Source of the DNA: Camelus dromedarius
Lineage: Eukaryota
Assembly (NCBI RefSeq): GCF_036321535.1
Contig: NC_087436.1
Coordinates: 118,360,001 to 118,424,000 of the forward strand
Length of the DNA: 64,000 nucleotides
Reading direction: 5' to 3'
Shown here piece by piece: positions 38,791 to 50,013 of the stretch. The position numbers and the translations under genes are program-made. Every line of letters begins with the position of its first letter. Positions within the stretch are counted from its first letter, which is position 1. The notes beneath the pieces are model-generated. The model was not told the origin of the DNA and did no database searches. It worked only from the letters and a program-made list of their open reading frames with translations.

Positions 38791-40746
38791 AAGAAAAGTT
38801 CCCAGTAGGGTTATTTTGATTACTTAATAATCTACCTCTTTTAATTGCCTATGCCAGTGCCCACCACACTGGAGTGCTGAATAATGGCTAAGTGCAGTTA
38901 TTGTTGGTATTAATTTCATTATTAAAGGTAGAGTATGGTCAGTGCCATAAGGAGGTCCATATATAGTGCTATGATATTTTATAGGATGGAGCAGGGAGAG
39001 GCGTAAGGGACAGTTGTGAAGACATTGGCATTTGAACTGAGTATTGAAGGATCCAGGGGTTCAGGCAGAGGGAACAGCACAACCAAAGGCACTGGGGCAG
39101 GAGGGCATGGGGTCCCTATAGGGTTAGTGAGAGAGTGAATTAGACCAAAGCTGAAGAGTGGAAGGCAAGGCCATGGAGGTCAGACAGAAACCACATCACA
39201 GAGGTCCTCGCTGCCAAGTGAAAGTAGGCAGCCTGCTCTGGAGGGCGCAGAAAGGGCTACGGCACGTCTATTAAAGATCCTAAGAGGAAATCATGTGTGC
39301 TGGGCAGGTGAACGAGAAATGGAAGCAAAGTCCCTTCATGACACACCTGCCACGAGCTCAGATTTTCACGTTACCTCCACGTGGTCACTATCTTCCCCAC
39401 CCTTGGACAGGCAGTGGCTCAAACTTCCCGTAAAGCCTAGTCCCCTGCAGAGGTGCAGGGCAGGGGGAGGTGGCCATGAGGGACAGCTCCTTTCATTTCT
39501 GCAACGTCCTTCCTAAAATGCGGGTAAGTGTGAAGCCTTTTGTAGGTGCAGCAACAACAACCCCGACAGTGAAGTGAAGAAAAGACTCTCCAACATCGCT
39601 TTCTCCTTCGGCAGCTTAGTTTGTTAGTTCTCGCACCATAAGAACGTGAGGCTAAGGAGGGCTTTCGTCCTTGTCTAAAAGAACTCCCGGGAGAAGATAC
39701 AGCTTTGAATTTCTATGAGGTATTAATGACAGGCTTAGTTAAATATTCAAGCTACCTAAAGTAATAAAAATTCGTTTGCAAAATAATATGCCGCTAAATA
39801 CTCTTATTTTAAACGTGAAGTTCAACTTCCTTGCTAGTTTCCCTGACAGACTGTGCCTTTCGAAGGCCTAGTTTCTTACTTGCAACGTGATGTCCTTTAA
39901 ACATAAAATCAACCTGACCACCAGCAAAGAGTTACTGGGATTCCAAGTTCAAGACATCAGACCTCTCCTCCTTGTGTAAGTTTAGAAGCAAATACAACTG
40001 GATATGTGGGTGAGCCAGACAGATGGCAAACGTCAGCTTTAATATTGATGAAAACTAGGTTGGAGCATGTGGCTCAGATGTGTCTGCAAATGAACAGACA
40101 TCTCCCCAAACAGCAGGCCTCCCGCAGGTTCACCACATCCTGGGCAGAGAATGGGGCCTCCTGCAGGCAGGCTGGCTTCCAAAGAGAGGCGGGAGCCGCA
40201 CTGAGCACGCCCAGTTCCTTCTTTACCCCCACCAGTCAGATACCCCCCTCCCTGGGGAGAAGTGGGCAAGGAAGGAAGAGAGGCCAGGATGTCACCCATG
40301 AGCAGAGAGGAGTCACATCAGGAATAGCTCGTCCAAACGCTGGAAGGAGATGCTGATGAAACGCTCTTTAAATATAAGCAGCCAGCTGTATTCACGTGGC
40401 TGGCCCTCCCAAAAGGCAGGTCAGTTTAAACCAAGCTTTGCCGGATGGGTTCAAAATTTAAGACCCTCTCCTCCATCCTGCACCAGGAGGGGCGTGGACT
40501 CAGTAAAGGTGTGCTGGGTTAGTATTTGCTGAATGAAATAGCACCCTGCTAAAGAAACGTCATTATTGCTTAAATTTAAGATAGAAAAATTGAATTCTGT
40601 GCCTGGAAAGACACTGCCACCCACCCCATCATCTATTTAATCAAAGTGCAAAAATCTCAAACAAATTAAGAGTCAGCATAGTTTTGTCTGTTTTGTTTAT
40701 GGAGATCTGTTATCTCTCATCTACACGTTTACCATTTAACTAGCTG

Positions 40747-41367
40747 TGAGCCGGGAGGGAAGGGGGCAGGGCACAGCCATTCAAGGAAGGCCACAGCAAT
40801 TAACATCAAAATGGTGGGAGATTCAGCCCCCAGGAGGCCTTGAGGCTCAGGATGATGGGAGATTAAACTTTTAGCAGATCTTGAGCTTCATTCTACGCCC
40901 AATATATTAACATGGTGAATAACACGCCCACAGGCGCCATGGGAGTCCCAGGGCTGGCCACAGGCAGTCAAAGGGTGGGAAATGGCCAACTTCCTGGGAA
41001 TCCCAGCCCCTTCCTCTTAGACTGGTCCTTCCACTTATTAGCATATAAAGCCACCAGGCCCGTAAAAACCAGCAACACGATGCCTCGTGGCCGCCCCCTC
41101 TCTCTCTCTTCAGAGATGGCCCACACTCTGTCTATGGAGTATGTACCTACTTTAAATCTGAGCACCCAACCCCCACACCTCGTGGCCTTTCTCTTGCCTT
41201 TCAATGTTATCTCTCTGAATAAATCTACCTTCACTCAACTGTGGCTCACTCTTTAATTCTTCCCTGTGCGAAGCCAAGGACCCACACTTGGCGGGACACG
41301 TTCCAGGGGCTCAGCCGAAGCCTGGGACACGGCCCTTCTCACGCCCCACATCTGTTCTCCTGCATCA
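40747..41367 (+). mobile_element. ERV1-type solo LTR, 621 bp, inserted into a MIR
   Basis: TG...CA termini; exact 4-bp TSD GCTG (40743-46, 41368-71); TATAAA 41044-49; AATAAA 41218-23; flanks rejoin as MIR ACTAGCTG|TGTGACC. Confidence 0.9.
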
Positions 41368-43859
41368 GCTGTGTGACCTAGAGAAGTGTCTTAAGCTCTC
41401 TGAGTCTCAGTTTTGTGTGAGAAAAGCAAACAATAAAATGACAGGAGACAACGTGTAGCATAGCATCTGGTATCTAATGAGCCCCCAATAAATAGTGGCA
41501 TCATGCTATTACCACTATTATTTTTATTATGATTATTATCATCAGTTAAATAGAGTTGCCTTTGGGATCAGGAGAGAGATAAAAGTAACAGTTTACAATA
41601 TGGGGAGCTTTGTTTCTTCCTTTAAAAATTTCTTCATTTGTAATTTTAAAAAATCCACAATGTAGAAAAAGATTTGAAAGAGTAGAAAACTAACAAGATG
41701 GTTACTGAGTTGTTCAGGCCTGCGGTTTTAGGAAGCTGTGAAACTTCCCTTCGAACGAGGCTTCAGGGAGATGGCCTTGACAGGTAGGCCTTGAGAGATG
41801 AAACCGGGGCGCGAGCAGACAGGAAGAGGACCATCCGGAGGCTTTCCCAGTCTTTGTAGGTGGATGGACGGATTTTCCCACCTGTTCCTAAAATGCTCTC
41901 CCTGTCCATGTACCTTCTTCCCTAATCTTTATAAGGATTTGTACCATCAGCTTTCTCTCTTGTCAGGTCACCTGAAAATGAGCCCATGATTTGCATCCTT
42001 AAACTCTAGTCTCTTCTGAAATGACAGGGGTGGGCTGTTTCTGACAGAAGTGCCACCCGCCCCTGCCTAACCGCCGAGGCAACACAACAGAAGCCGCGCG
42101 GTCGATCGCAGTGCAGGGGATCTGCTCCTGGGGAAGGATTGCTTATGAGGTGTGCAAACACGGCAGATCGCGAGACCTGGGAGCAGTGGATGGAGAGTGG
42201 ATGGGTGAGTGGGCATGCGGTCGACGTGCCGCCCAGACGGAGGGCAACATCACGACAACAACACCAGAAGTACCGGTGAGCAGAAGACACGGTCACGTCA
42301 AGTTCGTCTCTATTTAAATGTCCCTCAGGAGCACTGATGCGAAGTTTAGATACACTCTGTGCAAAAACAACAAGAGAACACACCCACGGTTAACTGAAAT
42401 ACTGCCCTCATTTGCCGTCAAACAAGAGTCTGCCAATGGGATGCGGGGACGGGCATCGAGAGACCTGTGCCTTACGCCCTACCACTCGGGAGCCTCGGGG
42501 TCCTGGACAAGCCTCAGCCTTTCTGAGTGCCAGCATTCGCACCTGTGAACTGCAAGCAGTAAGAGGTGCTCTACCTGCCTCCCCATGGTGGGGGGTGGGG
42601 CGCACACAGAGGTTCCAGGACCACCCGGGATAGCGAGGGGTCGAAAAGAACCCAAAAGTCCATTAACTGAGGGCTGGTTAAATCACTGAAGGCTCGCGTG
42701 CACCGTGAAACGCTGTGCTGTTGGAAAAGCAGTGAGGGAGCTCTGATGAACCGATACGGAAAACCTTCAGGTTTCAGTGTTAAATAAAAAGGAGAGGTGA
42801 CAGAAAGACAGACAGACAGATAGAAGATAAATGTAGAGAGACAGACAGATCTATTTCTAATAGCTGGAAAGCAAAATGAGCCTCACGGTTTGTGCTGCGC
42901 ACCTGCTCTGCTCTGTGGACTGGCTTCCCCATCAAGGCGGGAGGAAGAAGACACTTTCTCTGTCCCGGTCAAGGCATTGAGCAAGTAAGCCCTTGGCCGG
43001 GGGCCACTGTGAGTGGCAGCCTTCCAATCCTGCAGATCCGACGAACTACCCAAGCTCTTGAGTCTCCTAGATGTCAAGGTAGGCGTTTGAATGTCCCTTT
43101 ACCAACTGGACCCCCACCTCCACGCAGCCCTCCTTGGCTCCCCTCCAGGAGAGGGCGGTGGCACTGACCTGGCCGGCCACTGTGGAGAGCGACCTCTGAC
43201 TGCCTAGCAAGCCCACCCTGGGTCCTCATTCCAGCTGAGGCGTCTGGCCGCGGGCCCCTCAGTTCACAGAAATCAATCTGGCTCTCGACAGGGGCTGGGG
43301 CCGCCTCCTTAACTTCCATCTCACGCTTACAAGCAGAAGGAAAAGAACAGATCAGACTGAGCCCCGGCCCCCAAACCCCAGGGCCAACGAGAGCAGCGGT
43401 CAGGAGGGGAGGACTGACAACAGAGACCGCCTTCCAGAACTACTCATGAATGCGGCCCTCCGAGCAGTGTCTACGAAGCGCCTGATCTTCTCAGTTTTGC
43501 CTCAAAAGCTCCGAGCAGCTCACAGTAACCTTCCAGGCTTCGCAAGACCTGGGTCTCCCCTGCCTCCTAAGTGCTTCCTTTCCTGCACCGAACAGAAACG
43601 TGCAGCCTTTTTGAGGACAAATAAAGCCACAAGCGAAGCCTCAGCAAATTCAAAGCATCATCATCGTAGGTACTTTGTTCTCAAACTGAAACAGAATAAA
43701 CGTAGAACTCGGTAACAAAAGGCTAAGGGTTTTTTTTTTTGTTTTTTTTTTTTTAGGAGCCGTTAAAATTAAAAATCGGTAACAAAAGGAAAGGTTAAAA
43801 GCTACGTCCAACCATGGCAGAGGAACAGGGAACAAATTTACCCTTTAACCAGATTCACT

Positions 43860-45400
43860 TTCCCACAACTAGAAAACTAGACAAATTACATGATGCATTG
43901 GTTTCCGGACACCAAACAACAGGCAGCACAGGGATGGGGTCCTTGAGAGGAAGGAGATGGACAAGGTGACCCCACAGCGCCCGGCTCGCAGCCCGGAGGC
44001 AGTTCCTAGACCACGACAGGGTGCGGAGAAACCCAGGGGGCGGGCAGCGGGCCCAGTGGGCTCAGAAAACTAAAGCAGAGTTGGGAGGCCACTGAGTCTA
44101 GAATTTGTGGGGCAGAGTCCCAGAGAGGAGGGAGCTGCACACACAGAGAGATACCCAGAGATTTGCAAGGGTGCCCTCAAGACTTTGAGTCCTGTGTATA
44201 CTTGAAAAAAAAAAAAAACAAACCTCTGCCAGGCTAGGGAAAGAGCCAGAAATAACAGGCAGAAAAATTTCTGGAGCTCACACAGAGCTGGGAAGAGCTT
44301 GTGCTCCCACTGCCTAGAATGAGAAGACCCTTTAACACACCGAGTATGGGCAGAGTCCTTAGGAGGGTCTCGTCTCAGCAGTGGGGATACGTTAGCCCTC
44401 GACTTAAAGTAGCTCTTGAGCCAGCCCAACAAAGCTTAAAAGCAAGTCTTGAAAGGATAAAATGAATCCCGAATAACACACCTACATGCCCAAACTACAA
44501 CACTATTAAAGAAAACACAAAATCCCGTACCCAACATGTAACATCTACAATCAAAAATCGCCATGCATGCGAAGCAGCAGTAAAATGTGATCCATGGTCC
44601 AGAGAAAAACCAACCAATGGGCATGAGAGCGATGATGGAATAAGAAGACAAGGACATGGAAACAGTGATAAGGAAATGAAATGAAGTGTAAGGATCAGAA
44701 GGGAGGCCACAAAGCTGTGATTATTTGCAGGCATTATGACTGACTATGCAAAAAATCAACAGACAAATTCTCACAATGATCCTAAGAGGTCGGTGTGTCT
44801 AGTATCCACACTGGAAAGATGAGTACTTAAGGGCACAGAGTGGTTAAGTAACTTGTTCAGGGTTACACAGCTAGAAAGTGGCAGGGTGAGGGGCTTGGAC
44901 CCGGTGGTCTGGCTCCAGAGATAGAACAAAGGAAAGACACAAACACTAGTAACATTTCTTTATCCCAGCATCATAAAAGCCCAAGATATCACTGAAAATA
45001 GGCCAATCATTCACAATTGCAACCAAACCTACAACGTACCGAGAATCACCACAAGGAACACCCGAGACCTGAGGCAGCCCTTGTGGATAAAGTGGCCAAA
45101 TGATTTCTCACCCAAGTTGAGGGTAAAAGGGAGAGTTAATGGGAAGGGACGTGAGGATGACAGGGGAGACTGGGACTGTCCCAGGCATATCGAGATGTGT
45201 GTTCACTCTACTGAATGGAAGCAAATGTAAAATCTACTAAAGGTCCTAAAAGAAGATCCAAATAAAATAAGAAACATTCCACCTTTTTGGAGGGAAGGTA
45301 ATTGTCAAATTAACCTGTGATTTTAGTTCAATCACAACAGAAATTCATGTTGGAACTTGATTAACTTATTCTAAAACATACATGCCCTGCAGAGTCTTCC
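43860..45400 (+). mobile_element. Old L1 fragments with a nested MIR (~44770-44920) and MER81
   Basis: A-rich sense L1 motifs; TGATTATTTGCAGGCATTATGAC ORF2 remnant. Confidence 0.55.
45089..45210. mobile_element. MER81-like hAT-Blackjack MITE
   Basis: GAGGGTAAAAGGG...GACTGGGACTGTCCCAGGCA...GTGTTCACTCTA resembles the recalled MER81 consensus. Confidence 0.6.
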
Positions 45401-47484
45401 AGGTGTAAAATGGAGCATCTGTGCACTTGCAGTGAGCCCAGCAGAAGGGCGGGGCGTCTGTGGGGTGCAACAGCGCACCCCAGCCACGCAGGACGGCTGC
45501 CTCTGGCCGGAGCTGACCCCTCACCCCAGTGACCCACCAGCTGGACAGAGAAGGGGGGCAGGCGGGAAGCCCACCTTCATCCCTCTGCCTGTCTCCTTTC
45601 CTCCCAGAACCAGTCATACAGCTCTTTCCGAATGAGTCACACATCACTCATTCAAGTCAGAGCTGAGGTTGAGTCTGCAGGATTCTCTGCAAAAGCAGGA
45701 TGCCAAGGTCCAAGTGGCGGAAGCACAGAACTGACTGCTGGTCTGCGATAGTGAGCGTCTCAAGAGCAAGATCCTAGAACAGTGCCTGGCGCAGAGAACA
45801 GGCCAGAAAACGCTCCCTAAAGGAGGAAGTGAAGGAAAGGGAGGGGAGGGGGAAGCTGAGAAGGGCAAGGAAAAGAAAACAAGGGGAAGGAAGGGAGGGG
45901 CGTGGGGAATAGCACCGGTCATGCTGGGAGGCTGAAGCCATCTCGCCGCCCAGCACCGTGATGACAGCCGCACAGGTGATGGAAGCAGATGCGCCTGGGT
46001 GGAGCCCCAGCTCTGCCTCTCACCACCAGCGTGACTTCAGGGACCCCAACCCCTCCAGATGGGAGAGTCCAGACAGAAGACACATCAGCCTGGAGCTGAG
46101 GGTGGGGTGGGGGGTGGTATCCAATGCAGAAGAAAGGTAGAGGTGAAGAAAGGCGGTGCCCTGCAGGTGCTTCCAGCTCTTCAGCCCCACGGGACAGCAC
46201 ACTGCCAGCCAGGCTGAGGCTTTCCCAGGGATCCTGGGGCGCTGGCCAGCAAGACCCAGCTCCGTCGTGACAGCTGCATGAGCTTGGAGGGGCGTCCCAG
46301 TCCTGAAACTCCACTGAACAACTCTCAGCTGCTGGCCTGTGTCCCCCAGGGCTATCATTGCTCTGCAAGTACCTTGCGGATAACAGACTCTGAACAATTG
46401 CCGCTCCGGTGCTAAGAGATGCAGTCGATCAATTTCGGGAGGAACATCAAAGCCATTGTCTCGAGAGGGCCTAGTCTACTGGCACTTGCCACAGTGAAAT
46501 AGCCATTTGTGAAGACAGCCTGTCATTCAAAGGTCACAGCTGACAAATGACCGTCGGCTGCCTCTCTCGGTGAAGCCTGGATTGGGGAGCAGCCAGAGCT
46601 GTTCCACTAGGGGGAAACGGGCCCTGGAGCCCCCTCCAAGTTAAAAGGCCCTTCCAACCCATTAGGTCCTCACAAAACCCAGGGACCAAAGGGTTCTCGT
46701 CTCAATCCGCATTTTATAGAGGCGGGGGCCTCAGCATGTCTGTCCCACATCAATACAACTCGGGGAAATAACCATGTCGTGTGAGAATATTCTCTGTCAG
46801 CCCTGAAGACCAAGAACAGAGAGAGCCTTAGCTTTCAGTGCGGGATCCGCCCGCCGCCCCCGCTGCGGGAGCCCCGGGTGGACTCGCGAACCTCTCTAAG
46901 ACTCAGTTTCTGCATCTGTACAATGGGGGAGAGAATGTTCCTATTTCTTAGTGAAGTCACAACACATCATGGATTGAACAGGAGACCGGCCAGAAGAGTG
47001 GCCGGGACGTGGGGTCAGGAGAGCTCCGGGCAGGGTGGGCGGCTGAGTCCGGCTCAGGGAATCTTGGAAACGTCTCACCCAGTCCTTCCTCCCGTCCCCC
47101 CTCCTTCTGTGGTGGTGGTGAGACTCAGCCCATCTTGTCAGCCTGGCACTTGAGAGTCTGCTACCACGGGAGACCCAGCACCTCAGCAAAGCAGCCTTTT
47201 CACGGGGCTGCAGATTCTCTGGGGTCCCCAGAGCCCTCACTGTGTCCTTGGCCATGGCTTAGGTCATCCATTCCTTCCGCCAAACCAAATCCCAACTTGT
47301 CCTCCTCCGACAACATCCCCTTGGGTCTGACCGTGGGCCACCCAGCAGCGTGTTGGAGATGGCCGCCCCGCCCGCCCCGCGGCTGCTTCCCCGTGGAACC
47401 CCGGGCTCCGTGCGCCCTCATGCAGGGCAGCCGCCAGCCCTGCCGCGTGCCAGGAGGTGTGACAGGTGAGGCGGCAGCACTGAC

Positions 47485-47607
47485 CTTTTCAGCCAGGTCT
47501 TCGGGGGCCTGCTCCTCAAAGAGCTGAATTTTATCTTCAATGCACTTCTTCAGAAGGTCTATCTTGCTTTTGCTCTTGGAGCGCGGCTTTCTGGCCTTGG
47601 ACTGCAG
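47485..47607 (-). CDS. EVC2: EVC2 coding exon (exon 16 equivalent), 123 nt, phase 0-0
   Basis: CCCCCTCCAG|CTG...GAAAAG|GTCAGT; LQSKARKPRSKSKSKIDLLKKCIEDKIQLFEEQAPEDLAEK. Confidence 0.93.
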
Positions 47608-48871
47608 CTGGAGGGGGCAGAAGACATTGGCAGGAGAGTGCCGACCGGCAGGTTCATGCAGCCCCTGGTCTCCCCGCGCCCACAGGAGCTCCTGCGGGTC
47701 TCGGCCCAGCTCAGCCGCCTTTGCCGGAGAGGGGCAGGAAGACGCACGCCGGCCTGGCACGAGCTCCGTTCAGGGGCCTTCGGGCCCGTGCCGCAGGGGG
47801 AGGCGAGGCCCGCTCGCGGGCAGAGCCAGGGCTCTGCGGTCAGACAGCAGCGGACCCACCCTGCGTCCACCCCCTCCCCAGCGGGGGCGCCTCTGCCCAT
47901 CAGCCTCTCTGAGCAGGACACAGGATGGAAGAGGTCCCCGCCCTTGTGAAGCTTACAAAACAGCAGAGGAAACAATCGCAGACATGAGAACAAGTAACTG
48001 AAGAAGGTGATTTCAGAGGGTCGGCGAGCCCACAGAAGACAAGGGCACTGCCTTACTTTGGGTGGACGGGGAAACACCTGCAGGGATGATCACACGCGTC
48101 CATCCTAGGAGGCACCAGGCGCGGAGGGCTTAACACAGCCCAGCCCCCGGAGTGACAGTGTGCTCCACCTGCACACGTACCTGCTTCTTCACAAATGTGA
48201 CGGAGTGACCCCGCCACTGAGCCCCGCGTGACAAGGTGCCAGGAGTGTGAATTCCTGGGCACAGAGGGTGCCAGACCCTGAAGACCTGAAGCCCGGAGCA
48301 AGGGTGAGAGGGGCCTCAGAAGAGGTCGTAGGTGCTCAGTAAACTGTGATTTGCTGAAGGAATGAATGTAGCAGGTGCTACTGTAACTGCACAATTTTTG
48401 CAACTCTATTACCCTAACCTAGAATGGCTTCCCTCACACCCTTTCCCTGACCCACCTGAGCTGAGGTGAGCATCTTCCTGACACCACTTACAGAGGGGCC
48501 AGCCTTCTGTACCCTGAGCGGCTCACTGGCTATGGCTGAGGGAGGGAGCAGGAGGGAGAGCTACCTCCCAGGCCAGATGGCTCCCACCTCCCAGGGTCAC
48601 GCCCAGGAAGGGGGCAGGGCTGTGAGCCGCGAGGGGCTGAGACTCGAGGCTGCTGGTGGACAGCGCACAGCCCAGGCCCCGCGTCTCCACTACACGACTG
48701 AAGGTCACCATGAGCTCGGTGGTCCCAGGCACAGCCGAGGCCAACACAGCTAAGGAGGGGAGGGCAGGAGAGGCTGAGCTGAGGGAAGCTGAGGGCAGGG
48801 CCGGGTCCTGCAGCCTCAGCAGCTGCGAGGCCCCGCCACTGCACCATGAGGCCCCGAGTCACCCATCCTAC

Positions 48872-49076
48872 CTGCAGCTCAGGGGCGGCCAGGGCCTGGT
48901 CCAGCTTCGAGGACTCTGCTTCTCGCCACGCGGTCTGGAATCGCTGCAGCAGGACTCGGGCCCGGATTCTGGGGAGGGCCAGGGTCCTGTCCATCTGAGC
49001 AAAGCAGCCGTGAGCGTCCTGCCTCATGCGGAGCAGCTCCTCTTCGGACAGGGAGAAGGGGGAGGAGCAGAGCTTC
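48872..49076 (-). CDS. EVC2: EVC2 coding exon (exon 15 equivalent), 205 nt, phase 2-0
   Basis: CTTCACCAG|G...CTGCAG|GTAGGA; KLCSSPFSLSEEELLRMRQDAHGCFAQMDRTLALPRIRARVLLQRFQTAWREAESSKLDQALAAPELQ. Confidence 0.95.
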
Positions 49077-49590
49077 CTGGTGAAGCAAGAACGTTGATGT
49101 GGTTTTGTGGAGAGAGAACAGTGAGGGGTGGGAGGTGCTCCGGGTCGGGGAGCGGTAATTCAGAGCTCAAGCTCCATTAGTTAAATCCACATCTGGAAAA
49201 AACCCAGCCTCCCCTTAATCAAGCGTTCATTCCACCAGTGTATCTGAGCCCCTGATGTCTGCTGCGTTGGACACAAACGTCATCTGGGAGCTGAGAATCC
49301 AGTTGAATGAGACGAGTCTGTGAGCAAGACTGTGAGGAGGCAACCATCCTCCCAGCACTCATGGCCTGAAGATAACCTGGTCTCCCTTTAGAAGAGACAT
49401 AGAAACAAGACTGTGCACTGAGCCTGGTCAGCGGCAGACTGTCAGGGGGACCAGCGGCCCGGAGGAGAGAGGCCCCTCTCAGCAAGTCAGGGGCTGGGGG
49501 ACCTCGCACTGGGCCTTTAAAGGACGACGACTAACAGCTCTCATTTCGAGAAAACTGATTCCGTGCTGGAAACCAGGCTGAGTGAGTGAC

Positions 49591-50013
49591 TGTTAAGGGT
49601 TGCCTTGTGTCACCCCAAAAAGGTGTGTTCAAGTCCGAACCCCCGGGACCTGTGATGTGATCGTCTTTGGAAATAGGGTCTTTGCAGAGGCAATTAAGAA
49701 GGAAGTTAAGATGAGGTCATACTGGAGGGTGGGCCTCAACCCAGTATGACTGGTGTCCTTAAAAGAAGACAAGACAGACACACGCGGGCAGAAGGCCCTG
49801 CGACACTGACAAGCCTGCAAGCCAGCAAACATCAAGGACTGCGGCAACACCAGAAGGGAAGAGAAAGGCGGGGGGCAGATTCTCTCCTGGAGCCTCTGGA
49901 CAGAGTGCGTCCCCGCCAACAGCTCGATTTAGACTTCCGGCCCCCAGAGCAGGGAGGGAAGACCTTCCCGTGCTTTGATGCCCCCAGTTAGGTAGCCTCA
50001 GGAAGCCAATACA
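49591..50013 (+). mobile_element. MaLR MLT1B/C-like LTR
   Basis: TTTGGAAATAGGGTCTTTGCAGA...GTTAAGATGAGGTCATACTGGAG...ATGACTGGTGTCCTT...AATACA. Confidence 0.85.
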
